The position numbers and the translations under genes are program-made. Below are positions 14,501 to 27,700 of a DNA stretch of 64,000 nt, in pieces. The notes beneath the pieces were generated by a model. That model was not told the origin of the DNA, searched no databases, and worked only from the letters and a program-made list of their open reading frames with translations. The first letter of the stretch is position 1; each line of letters opens with the position of its first letter. The DNA lies in contig NC_135257.1 of assembly GCF_964204865.1 (NCBI RefSeq), forward strand, positions 7,192,001 through 7,256,000. Direction: 5' to 3'. This DNA is from Styela clava (Eukaryota).

Positions 14501-14854
14501 GTTCCAGTGATTAACTTTTTTGTTGCGCCACCCGGATCTCCAACTGTACTTCCCCCAGGCGAATCAGAGGCAGTCACAACTACCAAGTCGTGCTATTGTC
14601 CAGGTAAAAACTTAGGCTCATGCTACGCAACCTATTTCATATGCTTTGTGGTCATAACGTGAGTCTGAGTGCAGAAAATAGGGTATTGCAATTGGGTATT
14701 TTAATGTAAGAAGAAAATCGGTATCACATGTAGTTTCATAATAACATATATTTTTAGTCACTGATGGATATTCATTTCTTTTTAGTGTGCGATCCAAACA
14801 CCAATACCTACGTATTACTGACGGTGATTTTAACTGCAACCACAGCGGCGTCAG
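2518..14854 (+). CDS. CLCA: Calcium-activated chloride channel regulator (CLCA)-family protein: signal peptide, zinc metalloprotease, Cys-rich, vWA, beta-rich, FN3 and hydrophobic C-terminal segment; at least 969 aa, final exon unresolved
   Basis: Frame-consistent GT-AG exons: 2518-2691, 2873-3013, 3683-3833, 4046-4166, 4931-5114, 5523-5774, 6401-6622, 7513-7614, 7777-7944, 8186-8452, 10238-10405, 10767-10869, 11157-11236, 12087-12177, 12417-12546, 12925-13061, 13679-13865, 14443-14603, 14786-14854. CLCA hallmarks: [71 protein letters not shown] (MIDAS), [46 protein letters not shown]. Confidence 0.95.
4190..4797 (-). mobile_element. Truncated hAT (Buster/Charlie/GTF2IRD2-like) transposon: transposase fragment plus one terminus, in CLCA intron 4
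   Basis: Minus-strand translation [29 protein letters not shown]...[17 protein letters not shown] matches the Buster-type hAT catalytic region (TDGAPxM). Terminus ggcccgcgggccacggtttggacgaccctg ends near 4796. Confidence 0.85.
5957..6163. mobile_element. MITE with catttgaaccc subrepeats, internal ctaaccctaaccc, 6-bp TSD ATAAGA
   Basis: TIRs cggttccattacatttgaaccca / tgggttcaaatgtacggtcactg. ATAAGA at 5951-5956 and 6164-6169. Confidence 0.85.
11675..11852 (-). mobile_element. tRNA-derived SINE, 3' fragment
   Basis: Shares tttacatatttatc, accacggcctctcgtccggttac, catgtcgggtat and ttgatggtggaggaagccg with the copies at 47091 and 58288. Confidence 0.75.
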
Positions 14855-14869
14855 GTGAGTTTTTTGGAC

Positions 14870-15600
14870 ACGAAATGTACATATATATGGATCGTTTTGT
14901 TATTGGACACGTAGTGGACCTATGTATCATTTTGGTATTTGTTGTTCTTGTTGGTATTCTTCTTCGCATCGATATGAAAAAATCCCCTATCTCTTCAACT
15001 ACTGGACCAATTACTTCGAAATTTTCAGTGGTTAAAGATTGTACTTTTCGCTGAGATCTGATACTTCATCCAAATTTTCGCTGTATTACTTTTTACTCAT
15101 GGGAACACTGTTTTTAACTTATTTCGAGCGGTTCCGCGATCGAATATCAGGTCTACAGCTACAGGTAAGTTGCCGCATATGATTTTCGGGGAATTGATGA
15201 TAAAATATTTTGTTGTGCCCTCCGTGTCCATATATTTGAGCATCGCTCTCTTGTTATTCCTAAGGTTATTATTATTATTCATTCTTTCTTCTTGTTGTGG
15301 AAAACCCCTTTTTTTCATTAGTATTGGACTAATTGCTTTGAAATTTTCAGCGGTTGTGGATTGTATTTTTCGCTTCAACTTTCATTTATTTTAAAAATTT
15401 TTGTGGGCTCTATGGAATTCGTTTTTGTGTGCGATGAAGTCGACAAAAGTAAAAAAAATGCCCAACATGCGCAGTTCTGCGATTTTGTGGTCAGATTACC
15501 GGTACTGTAGATTTGATGCTAATATGTTTTGGCCTCCATTCCATATATGTGGGCATTTTTTTTACCTGATCACTGTACTATTAAATAGATGTCATTAGAT
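14870..15600 (-). mobile_element. Cluster of fragments of a non-autonomous Helitron/Helentron-like repeat family
   Basis: Reverse complement of the head aacaagagagcgatgctcaaatatatggacacgga at ~15220-15255. Repeated body segments (ttgaaattttcag.ggtt..agattgta.ttttcgct) are homologous to 52425-52755 and 49785-50055. The superfamily call is inference. Confidence 0.6.
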
Positions 15601-16479
15601 CAGAAAATTTTGCAATTCCAAATCGGATTTATTTGCAAACGTTGATGGGGGAATGATACAAATCAAATTATCTCTATATTACGGGATTCTTTCGACACAT
15701 CGGAGTTGTTCCTCCCAGCAGTACAAAAAAAATTATGTTCAACGTGGTATACTAAGAGAATGGTCCGACACATTGCAATCATTGGTAGTTTCGATGACTA
15801 AAGTAGCGTTAAATTATAACGTCAAACTACTTTCCCAGTGACCGCCGCAATAGTACTTGGAATACTGTTATGTCACGCCAACAAGCGAATGAAAAAGAAG
15901 GGACGATCTCACATGGAAGGAATCACGAATTCTCCTTACGCGACCGACGGAGAATCTGCAACAGTCACAAGCTTCACAACGCGGACCGAGTGAATCAGAG
16001 TTTTCCATTTATGTTCAGTGTAGCTTCAAGGTTATTTTTTGTTCCTTGGTATATTCCCACAATATTTGACGACGCACAATAAAATATATTTGTGCGATAC
16101 ACAGCTGTGTAATAGGGCAGTTGTGAACTTGTCATAGTCCAGATAACCCTCGGTTCATAGCAGATGCGGAGACTGTTATTAATCTATGAATTTCGAGATT
16201 TCATTATTTGCGGAACCGTTTCCATGTTTAAAAACAAATCACCCAAAACTTTTTTGACTGAAAGCAAATGAGCGACCCAATGACCCTGCCATCAAACCCA
16301 CATTCAAACCTGAAGCATTGTACCTAGCCGAAAGGGGAGATATCAAATCCAATTTCCTATTGAATTAAGCGTAGGCTGCAATGCAATAGCGGTCCCTTGA
16401 GATGGCTCTACGAGTGCTTTCAGTTAGGAGCTAGCTCATCTGCTACAAATTCGGCTATATCTTGCTGGCTAATGTCACG

Positions 16480-16665
16480 TGGCCGGTGTGGAACGCGCTG
16501 AAAGACAGGTAAATTGCAAGACTTGCCCATGGGAATGCGGATGGGGACAGCACACATTTGTGTTACCCATAGGCACGAAATACTGTGTGATTTTGGGGAA
16601 ATGGTGGTAAAACATTTCGTTATGGACTCCGTGTCCATATATTTGAGCATAGATCTCCCGTTAGT
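16480..16665 (-). mobile_element. Head fragment of the same repeat family as 15170-15255
   Basis: tgattttggggaaatggtggtaaaacatttcgttatggactccgtgtccatatatttgagcat is a near-copy of 15180-15243. Confidence 0.7.
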
Positions 16666-17656
16666 TATAAAGAGAAAAATATATTCAGCATTGACAATAT
16701 ACTTGGAGGCGAAGGTGCTGTGCTGATGGACACATGTATATTAGTTATGATTTTAGAGTTATAGATTTTGTTGTTTTACATATCTCATCGTACATGTAGT
16801 CCTATTTAGTAGACGCTGAACCTGAATTTAACAATTTTCATTGAATTGTATTCCAATAAGATGGGACGGGCATAAATTGCTATGAGATGGGATGGAACAG
16901 AAACATATGTCCCATGAACGAGCCTGTAAGTTGCTGAATTTGACCAGTCTATCGGAACAGGAAAGGTATCTTGGATACTCCGCCAATATTTCCACAACGA
17001 CAGATATTGAACACCAATATACTTTGTCATAACTTTTTCTCCGGATAGTATATACAAAGCAAATTGACGTAGGGCACATGCCGAACGTACGAAAATAATA
17101 AAACATGCAATTATTCGGCCTACCTAATCAAAAGGTAGCAAACATGAACGGGTATTCTTATCGACAAAGAAATGAGAACCAACCAAATCATGCTTGAAAG
17201 CATTCATTTACTTCCCATTTCCCCGTTCACAAAAAGTTATTTAGAAATAAAACAAGAACAATATACAATTAAAAAGCAAATTGGTGATGCCCAACAAAAA
17301 ACCCAAATCAACTACCCAGATTACTGGCCTGATACAAGCAGGTCCAAAAGGGTCTGGAATGCAAAGAAATTAGCTAAATTGCGGAATGCAGTAGCAGAAA
17401 AAAACGAGTTCGGCTGAGCCGAAATCTCCGATCTATGCATATTAGTAGTTAACTTCAAGTGTTTGTGCATTTATATATTTCAGAAATGTGGAATAAATTC
17501 GATGATCATTTATATATTTAATCAAATTAACGGGCACAAATTGGTATATTGCCAATCTATTATTAACTTAAGATAAGGCAACGGAACATATTAATACTAC
17601 ATACCTAAAACAATAGCAAATGGCACATCGCAGATGGATAAATTATGCTAACAGTC

Positions 17657-17850
17657 TAGGGATGTCCATATGTAAATAGTTTAAATTCACCTTCCAAATT
17701 TCAATTTCGACTAAAAGGGTTGAATTGACAACAAAATCGTGTTACACATGAGAAATGTTGTCATATAAGTTTCGAAACGTGAAAAAAAAGTCTCAAAAGG
17801 AACCTTCTTAATTTCGGTGTCTTCCTAAACTTAATTTTTGCACATCCCTA
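17657..17850. mobile_element. Short MITE with TAGGGATGT termini
   Basis: tagggatgtcca ... tgcacatcccta. The same terminus occurs at 48034, 54619 and 59331. Confidence 0.6.
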
Positions 17851-18739
17851 GACGAGGATTTGTGTTGGTCGTCAGAAAGTAATATAAAATAATATAGTAA
17901 TATGACGTCACAACACCGATTACGTGAATTCGAATAAAGATAAAAATATCAAGTACGGTTAAATACTACAGTATGCAGAATATCCAGATGTCATATCAAG
18001 ATCTATTACAAGACAATAACGAGAGGCCCATGCTTGGTCTTAGTTTACAATATTATAACAGTTAATATTTGACGGAGGAATGGTAAAATACCGGAATGGA
18101 TCTCAAGGAATAGATATCGTCTCAACTCAAGTAAAATTGAAAAAATTGGAATGTCATGGACGTAAATGAGTTATTTTTCTCTGTGAGTGAGTGTGGTTTG
18201 TATTAGAAAGTAAGAAATTTATATTTGACGAACGAAAATCATGTCAAAATAACAAAAACAAACTTCTAAATTTGTATAATACAACTAATATACAAGACGA
18301 CGTGTTAAGAATACAGCATATGCTTTTCTACAAGAGAAGAACATGTTTCCGAACAAATTTGATATTTTGCATTGTGCCGGCTTCTCAGCGTGCAAAAAAG
18401 GATGTTATGAATTTGACAATATGATTGCGATTAAGTTATTTATGTAATGCTTTTGCTAAATTGGAAAATCTAATAATCTGTAAGCTTCTATTTGGGCTTC
18501 GTAATTAGGTTCATTAAGTCGAAATTTAATTTTATCGTCCATGAAATTTTATTACACGGTTAGGTACTCAAAACCGCTCCATATTTGGCATGATAATTTC
18601 GGACCTTTGGTAGTAATGCTTTGGGCATTGTTTCCGATTTGTCGAGCAAATTACACAAAGAATAGATTTGCGATGGTTTCTTCAAATCGATTTATGAATG
18701 CTGCTACTGAGTATGTTTTGTAATACTATATACATCATC

Positions 18740-21700
18740 TCATTTGCCGTAGAATTTTTTGTTCAAGAGGAAAATAAGCAGATTGACGTTTATTTTGGCT
18801 CGTCCTTCAAACATCTTCATAACAGCTACACCTTCGTATTGTAACTGTAGGAGATCCTATAATATGATAAAAGTTATCATTTTATGCATATTCACTTAGA
18901 ACACAATACCATTCCATAAAATGTACGAAAAAGTTGCTTAGAAGATATTTGTAACAGAAGCGCTAAGAGCTAAAAGGTACTTATCCAGTAAATTCAGAAC
19001 CAGCCATCGATTTATGAGACATAAACATTCTAAATATTGAACATCGTTGAGTATACGACTACCATCGATCAATGCGAGACCTAAACATACTCAACACGAC
19101 TACCATGAAAAACGAAAGCGAGTATACCACCATTTTCAGTAAAGTAATTGAAAATGAAAATAAATTTGTTATTTATTGAAGAACAAAAATCTTACCTGGA
19201 ATACGACGGACACTTTCTCCATATTGACTCCCATGAATTTGGCAGAAACGTCAAATTTGCCGAGGTCGCCTTCTGATGGTCCGATTTCAAACATAACGTT
19301 ACGGAATCTGATGAAAAGAGAGATTAAAATAATTATTCCGGTCCCGCTTTGAGATGCTAACTAGTACCCTTTCGCCCCCAACAGGTCATCAGTACACACA
19401 CATTTCCTCACTTAGAAGGGGCAGACATCTTAAGATTCAGCCGTATCGTGGGCGAGGCAGTTGGTACTGATTAACCTTAAGACAAGTCGAGGCCAAATCT
19501 CGATATCGCTAGCAAATTTAATATCTAATCTTTGTGTGCAATCTTGCACAATAGCATAGGTGAGCCACTTAGGTCAGATTGATCTCGCATGTCCCATTAC
19601 CGCAATTCTTAACGAAATAGTATAATTGAAAAAATGACGACAGAAGGAATGAATTTCCAAGTCTAATAATAATAATAGGTAAGTTAAATGCATATTGGAT
19701 ATTTGGTAATATAACTAATATGCGATGACCGATATTGGAAAAAAATAATGTCCTTCATCGATTGAGCATCATAAAATGTGAAGTCCAGTGAGATTTAAAT
19801 GAAATAATATGAATTGAAATGATATACCGAGACTAATAATTTCGAAAAGAAAGTGAAATGTTAAAATTATGCAGAGACTTGTGAAATTCGACTGATGTAT
19901 ATTTAGAAAATATATTATATAAAATCGAAGATAAAATATTATCACATGTTAAATTTTTGCTCCAATGAGAGCTTGAATTGGCTATGTCCAACCGGGATAA
20001 TCCGGTTTTTCTTAACCCAGTAGCCCTCTCCCATATATTCAAATTCGTGCCAAGATCTAATATTGGGCCATAATAAGTTAAGTGCAGAATTTTCAAAACA
20101 CCACGCGACATTGGACACTGTAACCTATTTCAGTTCATTGTGCAATGTCTCTAACGGATATTCATTTGTAGTCTGTACATACAAGCACAGAAAATACTTG
20201 ATGACGGTTCGTGCGAATGAGGAGCAATTTGGCTTACAAATTGCCTACTGAACTGAGCAGATACTATTGAGAGCATTGTCCCGCCATGCCTATTCAAGAC
20301 ATTGACGTGCGTCGCAAAAATTTAATACCAAAATAATACATTAATAAGTAATTAAGCACGTAAAATTTCAAAGAATCTTGTCAATGTGATTGTAGCTGTT
20401 AGCACAAAATGAAAATTCAGAAGTACGAACCAACTTAGGAGCTAAATTGGCATTATAATTAAAAAAGACTAACGAACTCTGACGCCGTGTATGACTATTA
20501 CGTTATTATAAAAGGCTATTCAAACTTGAACTCAATCCCGAATCTGAATTCGTAAATTCCAGACACACAACTTTATTCCGTTCATGTGATTTAACGTAAA
20601 TACGCTGAAAAATATAGATACACAGACCAGTCGAATATGATAAGTCAGCTATTACGTTATTGTAAATGGATATTTGCTTGAACTCAAACCCGGATCTGAA
20701 TCCGCCAATTCCAGACACACAACTTCATTCTATTCATGTAATTTAAGGTAAAACGATGAAAAAGAGAGATACGGGGTCCATTCAAATATGATAAGCCAAC
20801 TTACTGGTTGGTATCCAATCCTTCGATTTCCAGTAAAACCTTCTTTCTATGCAATTCCGATGCCGTATATTTGATTCCTGGGATCTTCTTTTTCGTTTTC
20901 TGTTTCCTATAAACAGTAAATAACAAAATAATCGACCGATCATATACGTACACTCGGTTTATATATTCACAGGCGCAATGGAACAACGATAAAAGCGAAA
21001 TGTTGCATAATGCAAATTGGTTGGAATAGGATCGATTCATGGTGCCAATCGTCATTTGAATGGCCTTTTCCGTAGGCGACGATTGGGTTGCCATATAGAC
21101 AGTATGTGGGCTTGATTCTTAGGGATACTACACTTAAGATGTACACTGCCAATCACGCGCAACATTTCATGTCTTGTCTCATAGACAGTGGGCTTGATTC
21201 TTAGGGCAGCTATACATAAGATGTACACTGGCCATCAAATCAAGTGCAACATTTTATGTCATGTTCTTTTAAATATTTCATATGCTTAATGCCTAACCCT
21301 GCGAAGATTGACATTAACGCGGCAGCTAACGATAAACGGAAACGTAATGTTCATTTAGTCATTTACGCAAAAACCAAGATGACGTTAAAAAAAATCTCAC
21401 TTTTTGCTTTTGTTTGCCAAGCTAGCGAGACAGCTCTTGATATATTGATTGTAATATTCTGATTGTTCTTCAAAGAATTTCGATTTTTGATCCAACATCG
21501 ACATGTTCTGTTTGAGTTTCGTCAATTCTTGCTTCCTGCGTTGACGATACCTACGTTGGTTGCGAATGTCCTGAAATATAGAATAAAAATTTGACCAATG
21601 CACACAAGCGACAAGGCGGACGAATGAGCCGACTGCTTTACTTCTAATTACGAACTTAGATGTACACGGCAGGGATGTAGAGCCGTAGAGTTCATACTCG

Positions 21701-24700
21701 ATTTCGATTACCAAACTTCGAGCCATTCAAGAAACGACTCCGCCTACAACCAGGTTTAAAAAATCCGAAAGCGACTTCAGCTTCAAGAAAACTCAATTTT
21801 GATCACGAAAACTTGGGCGCGTGCAAGCCTTCATCAATTGTTTCATGTCTTAAATCAGTGACTTTCAGTGACTCCGGGTAGTTTGAAAATACAACTTCGC
21901 CAGTCATCATGCAAGACTAAAGACTCCACTGCTATGGTTGTATGTAAGTTTCAATAAAGAAAGATTGCGCGATTGAAAGCAGAAATATCGCTGATGAAAA
22001 TGGTTTCGCGTTTCTAAAAGAGCTAAATACTTTTGGTCCAGTCGAAACATTTTTCAAGACAATGTCATCAGAATTTTTTACTCAAGTTAATATTATGTTT
22101 CATTCGCGATAGGTCATCCATAATGTTTTGGGTGCGAATTACATCAAATTACATCGTCTGGGAACATTAATATTACATGTAGTCTTACACAAGATAGATA
22201 TTGTAAGTAGTACTATTACATAGTATGTGATGATTAGGTAAGCATGCAAAAAACACAGTCAGTTTAATGTGATGTTGAATCATTTATACTGGGTCATGGC
22301 CAAGGTTATAATAAAAATTTTAACTTTGAAATTAATCTTTTAGTAAATTTGAAATTGTACTTTCGGTTACATCATTCCTTCGTTTTCAAATGAAGTTGTT
22401 TTGTTCTTAGGATGGATTCATCAATTCGCAGCGCGTCCAAGTAATGCGTTTGTCCAAAAGTGCGTCGCAAGAAGTATGGATAATTTCCGAGGTTTCCACC
22501 AATGTTAAGTAGGTATTAACGCTGCTATTATTGGCGTTTGACTTCGACCAAAACCCATTAATCGTTACCAGTGTTTATATAATTACAAAACATATCACGT
22601 ACAATTTAAGGTAATAATGATGAAATATGAGCGGCTACATATAGGGGTGGGCACCGTTTTCGGACCAGGAGCCAAATTTTGCCCACCTAGACTGGAGGGC
22701 TTTGTAAGTGTGGCGAAAAAGTTACATTTTGTGAACAATATTTACAGTGTTACAAAAGCAAAAGTGGAAACAAACCTCGTGCCAAAACTTAATTTAATCG
22801 AAATCTCAACAAATTCCTTGAGCTATTTTTTAGATAAAACATCGAAATTTGGTTTTAGTTGGGTTATAACAGCATAAGACGGACCAGATTGAACTACCCA
22901 AAGGCCGGATTTGGCCCGGGGTCGGGAGCCGTATATTGCCCTTGTCAGAGCTACAATCTATTCTGTTTTGTTATCAATGACGTATGTAGTGTCAAATTTA
23001 GCAAGACACGAATCCTGAATTATTTTTTTACAGAAAAATACATTTCTCTAGAATAGATGAAATCTAAATCTATATCTGAATGCGGAAGACCTCATTTAAA
23101 AATCAGCATTCACGTGATCACTATAAGTAAATAAATTTATTTTTGAATATGAGACAATTGCGATCAACGCTCATTTTCGTTGTTTTGTTGGTACACAAAC
23201 AGCGACTCCCTAAAATGGCGTTTTCATTTTTATTTTAAAGGAATAAATCCTTTCCAGAGATGGAAGCGCATATGAAATCGGCGATGACATCAAACTGATA
23301 ATAATAGAGATAATGAATTTTACATGAGCTGTATAAATTTTAGTCAATATCCATTTAGATAAGTGTGACAGGGTTGAATAAAATCGTTACATTTCATCGA
23401 CCAAATTAAATATAGAAAAGGTATACATTACCCAAGAAAAATCGTAAAATCGATGAACAGAAATACGCCTTGCATGGGACGTAATTATTTTTTTATTAAC
23501 ACTGACCGAAAATAGCGAAAATGGAATTACAGGGTAATGTGCAATGCAAAATTGAATTAGCGGTTGAATGAAATGTTCGGTTTTACAATATAAGTATGGA
23601 AGCAAGAGATTGACTTTCGCAATTACAAAAATGCAAAACATCAAATTCGGCCCAATCATGATACGACTTGATTAAGACAAGTACATTACCCAGTCATGTG
23701 AAAACTACTTATGCCGCAAAGCAGAGTCAACAATGCCAGGGCAAAATATTTTTTCAGAGGGAAGCACGATTCCCATAAACAAGTATAATTCAAGGGGGTT
23801 TTGAGAGTCACGCGGGGAGGTCAATCATAAACACTTCAAATTGGAGAAAATATCTTGGATTTGTTGGAAATAAAATTTCCCATGTATGAATGCGCTAGTG
23901 ATGTCAATGCAGTACATAAGAGATCATAATACCTAGAACTATGGTAGACTTTCTAAATTCTAATAAAATTCAAATCCCGATGGGCTATTTGAACCAGTTC
24001 ATAGCGACGAAAAAAATCAACAGAAAACAAAATTATTGGGAAGACCAGCGGGATACCACAATATCAAACGTCAAATATAATCAAATTAAATTGTGTCGAA
24101 CGTTACCACGCCGAAAACAAGTTATAAAATGCGGTTCTGGGAAGAAACGAATTACTGTTGCCTTCCTTGTAGGGCGATTGGCGCAGAGCGAGGAACTAAC
24201 AATAGATAGCTATTACGAAGTACATCACTTTTAAGGACATTCTCCTACATTGTATTCATAAACACTAATGGGTTGTTTTTGAACTTACGTAGTTTATTTT
24301 ACTGGTAAATATTCAATACCTAATTACAACCAAAAGATCAACTTACACAAAATTGAATAAAAATCCTAACATTTAGTAGGAAGTGTGTCGAAACACAATG
24401 TATTGAAATTTTATGTATTGAATTTCCATAAAAAAAAAAAATTAAAAGTACTATATTCACATCAAATTGTTCATTCGAATGAATTATCAATGCTAACAGA
24501 CGCTCTATATTTTTATAGAGGTCAAGTCAACCAAAGTCAAATTAATGTCAACAAAATTTTAGTTAAGAGCGGACAAGATCAAAATTCGCTCATGCTTCTC
24601 CGAGTTTAAAACTCACCCTGGCTATCATATTGACGATCGCTTGGTATTTGTTCTCTTTTTTGACGATGTTATGCTGTTCAAGAATTTCTAAATTTTTGGC

Positions 24701-27700
24701 AATTCTTCGTTTCATGTCTTCGAGCGGTAACTTGTTTTCAGTCAATAAGGATCTCATTTTCAGCATGTTCTTTCCGTCTTCATCTGCAGCTTTCTTCTGT
24801 TTTTCACGCTCTTCTAGTTTTTGTATATTCGCCATATGTTCCTCTTGCTGCAAATGGAAAGATATATATTTTAAAAGGTGTTGGAAATATCCACAAGAGT
24901 TTTTGAAAATCCTAACCCCAAAATAAGTCGAATCAAACATATGGAGGTTATAGGTTTCCAAAGAATGAATATTTTCGGTTACACGAACTGAAAATTTACG
25001 ATTTCGAAATCAACTCAAATCAACAGGATCGAAGATTCGTGACCTGTGTTGCAAACATAGTTTTGATGAATGTTTTTGATATGCCACCATAATGTGATAC
25101 GGCAGTATATGTATGTATACATTATTAATATATACGAAATAAAGATAATAAAAGAAGCGATGTCAGCTGCACGTTGATGCAAGATTTTCACTTAAGTGGA
25201 CAAAAAGAAAAACATTATTGTGAATAGAAAAACCATCCATATATAATACAACAGGGGTGGCCAACACGTCGACCACGACTGACCGGTCATCGGCACGTCT
25301 CGAGTAGTCGATAGCGTCTCTGATGTTTTTGAACCAGTTTCATGCAGCGCCTGTCGTGTTTTCAAAACAGCACGAATAAAGTACTGAACAGTGTACATGC
25401 GCAAAATATGATACATTAGTGATTGCATATATAATAACGGTGGGCAAACCGCGGCTCGCAAGAGATTTTATGCGGCTCTTCTCGCTGACATTAATTATTA
25501 CCCAACTTTAACTAAGAGAATCTGTAGTGTAGCAGTTTTTTTTTAAATTTATCAAGCGGTTGAAGGAGTTTTCATCAATGATTAAGACATATTATGTTTT
25601 AGTATGGTTCTTAAAACAAAAAATTTTGCCCACCCCTCGCATATACAGTACTCGAGTCTGGGCACGCCTGATTGAGCATATTATTACGCAAAAATTGCAA
25701 GTATCGCCACTGCCAAGGTGAAATGAACGTGCGGATTATCGTGTGTGTTGAATGGAAACGGTCATTCAACAATCTCTGCAGTATGCGAAAGATGTTGTCT
25801 CGCTTCGAGAGTCGTGTGATGAATTATATTCGCAACAGTAGCATCAGATTGCCCATTTTTCTTAATTCCAAAGAGCGAAAAATCGGACTTGGATGAAATT
25901 GTAAACTAGATTAGATACTGAAGTTTGAGCAGTCATGTATCATTTATGGCTTGAAGATATTTATTTTCGCTGTCTAGATAACGGGGATACTTTGTAGGTT
26001 TTTTTTTAGAGAATATTCAACACTTGCGACGAAGAATAAGGCGGGGCGCCTCAGGATAGGATTTACATATTTATCCCTTCGATTTGAATTGTGTGATTCG
26101 AATAAATCTTAAATAAGTGATGAAAATTCACTCCGATTAGAATTACACAATCAAATTAACATACTAGATGCAACATAAAAATACGAATTTTGTGGCAGTT
26201 CTCATTCTTTTCTTATGTGTGACCTTATTACCGATCAGTCGATCGCGAACGATTTTGAATATTAAAGTCGATCACGGTCGTCGAATGCAGGTTGGTCATC
26301 CCTGATATACAAGATCTGGTCTAATGAGCAGTCAGAATTAATGGAGGCCTATGAATTTTTTTTGACAAATTTGGAACACACAAATGCTAATGGAAATTAT
26401 AATTTACTACTAGAAGTTAAGAATTCAAATGGGGCGATTCAAAGAGTTAAGATATTTACTTTATAAAGTATATATAATATGGGATGTTTACGAAAACAAT
26501 TTCAAAATTTAATATACATGACATCTGAGTTTAGATATCGTTCGGAACTCTTGCGCTGTTTAGTATGACAATTCAGCTTCGTCACATCGTTCCAATTCGC
26601 GTTGTTACGATGACGAACACCGCGAATCCAGGTCGACTCTTGTGTTTAAACCAGGTTAATAACGTCACTCGCGTGTGTGAGGCAAAGAATAGCACTTTAT
26701 ATTAGATGGCGTCGTCCTATGGAATGAATTTGTACTTTGAGCGTCGAGCGTCGGCGCCGGAAGTTGTATTTGAGCGTTGGACACTGAACATTACGTTTTC
26801 GTGATGTAAGTGTATGATTTGAAACAGGGCACGAAAAATTAGATGAAGATACTATTGCGTTGGCTTTCGTAATAGTTCATTAGACAGCTTATAACGTCAG
26901 GAGACCCGTAAGAAAAGCTATGGTCTACCTAGCTATTGATAAATATAAATAACGACAGTTTTAATGGGCAGATTTTTTTATTTATTTCCAGCGGCTTCAT
27001 GAATAGGATCGCATAAAAAAATGCAAGTAAATAACAGTAAAATGCTGCCCCGTAGCTGTAAGATTACGATGCGGTGCCCTAGGGAATATGGCGAAGTACA
27101 GATCGCGACTTATTACTGGGCCAAGTGGGTAAATTTAAATTGCCACTGCAAGTCGTGCTTATCGCTGGATGCTACTATATTGAGGCAAAGTAGAAGTAAC
27201 ACGCGGTGAGATATTTTTATGGGACTGATGAGACAACGCGTGCGGTTGCAATGACATTTCTCGACGAAATAATCTAATTGTAGATATAGTATAGCCCTAA
27301 TCACTTTAGTTCGTGATATGTGTCTGTGCGAGGATGGGGCTATAGGATTTTCATTTGTAGTAACGCCAAAAATATTCGTCTCGGGCCTTATGTAATAAAG
27401 TGAGAAGTGAGAATGCTTTTCGCAGACGGTGCGGAGGAACAGGTAACAAGTCAAAAATTTTAGGTTTGAATTCTCTGATTTTACTCTGGGATGTTATTTA
27501 ATTGGATATGTTATGATTAATCAGATATGGAGAAGGCTACACGAGCCAGAGCGCAAATACAATATCACTATCAAATTCTTAAGATTTATTATTTTCACAG
27601 AACGATCAAGGCATTCAAACAAGTACGATGAAATATTTAAGAATATTACTTCTAATCCTCTTTTGTGGCTGTAGTCTTCCTCAAGGCTTGGATTCCGAAA

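Noticed and set aside
17172-17417. 81-aa ORF as CLCA last exon or a small gene
   Set aside because: No phase-compatible acceptor linking it to CLCA that I could establish, and no recognisable motif.
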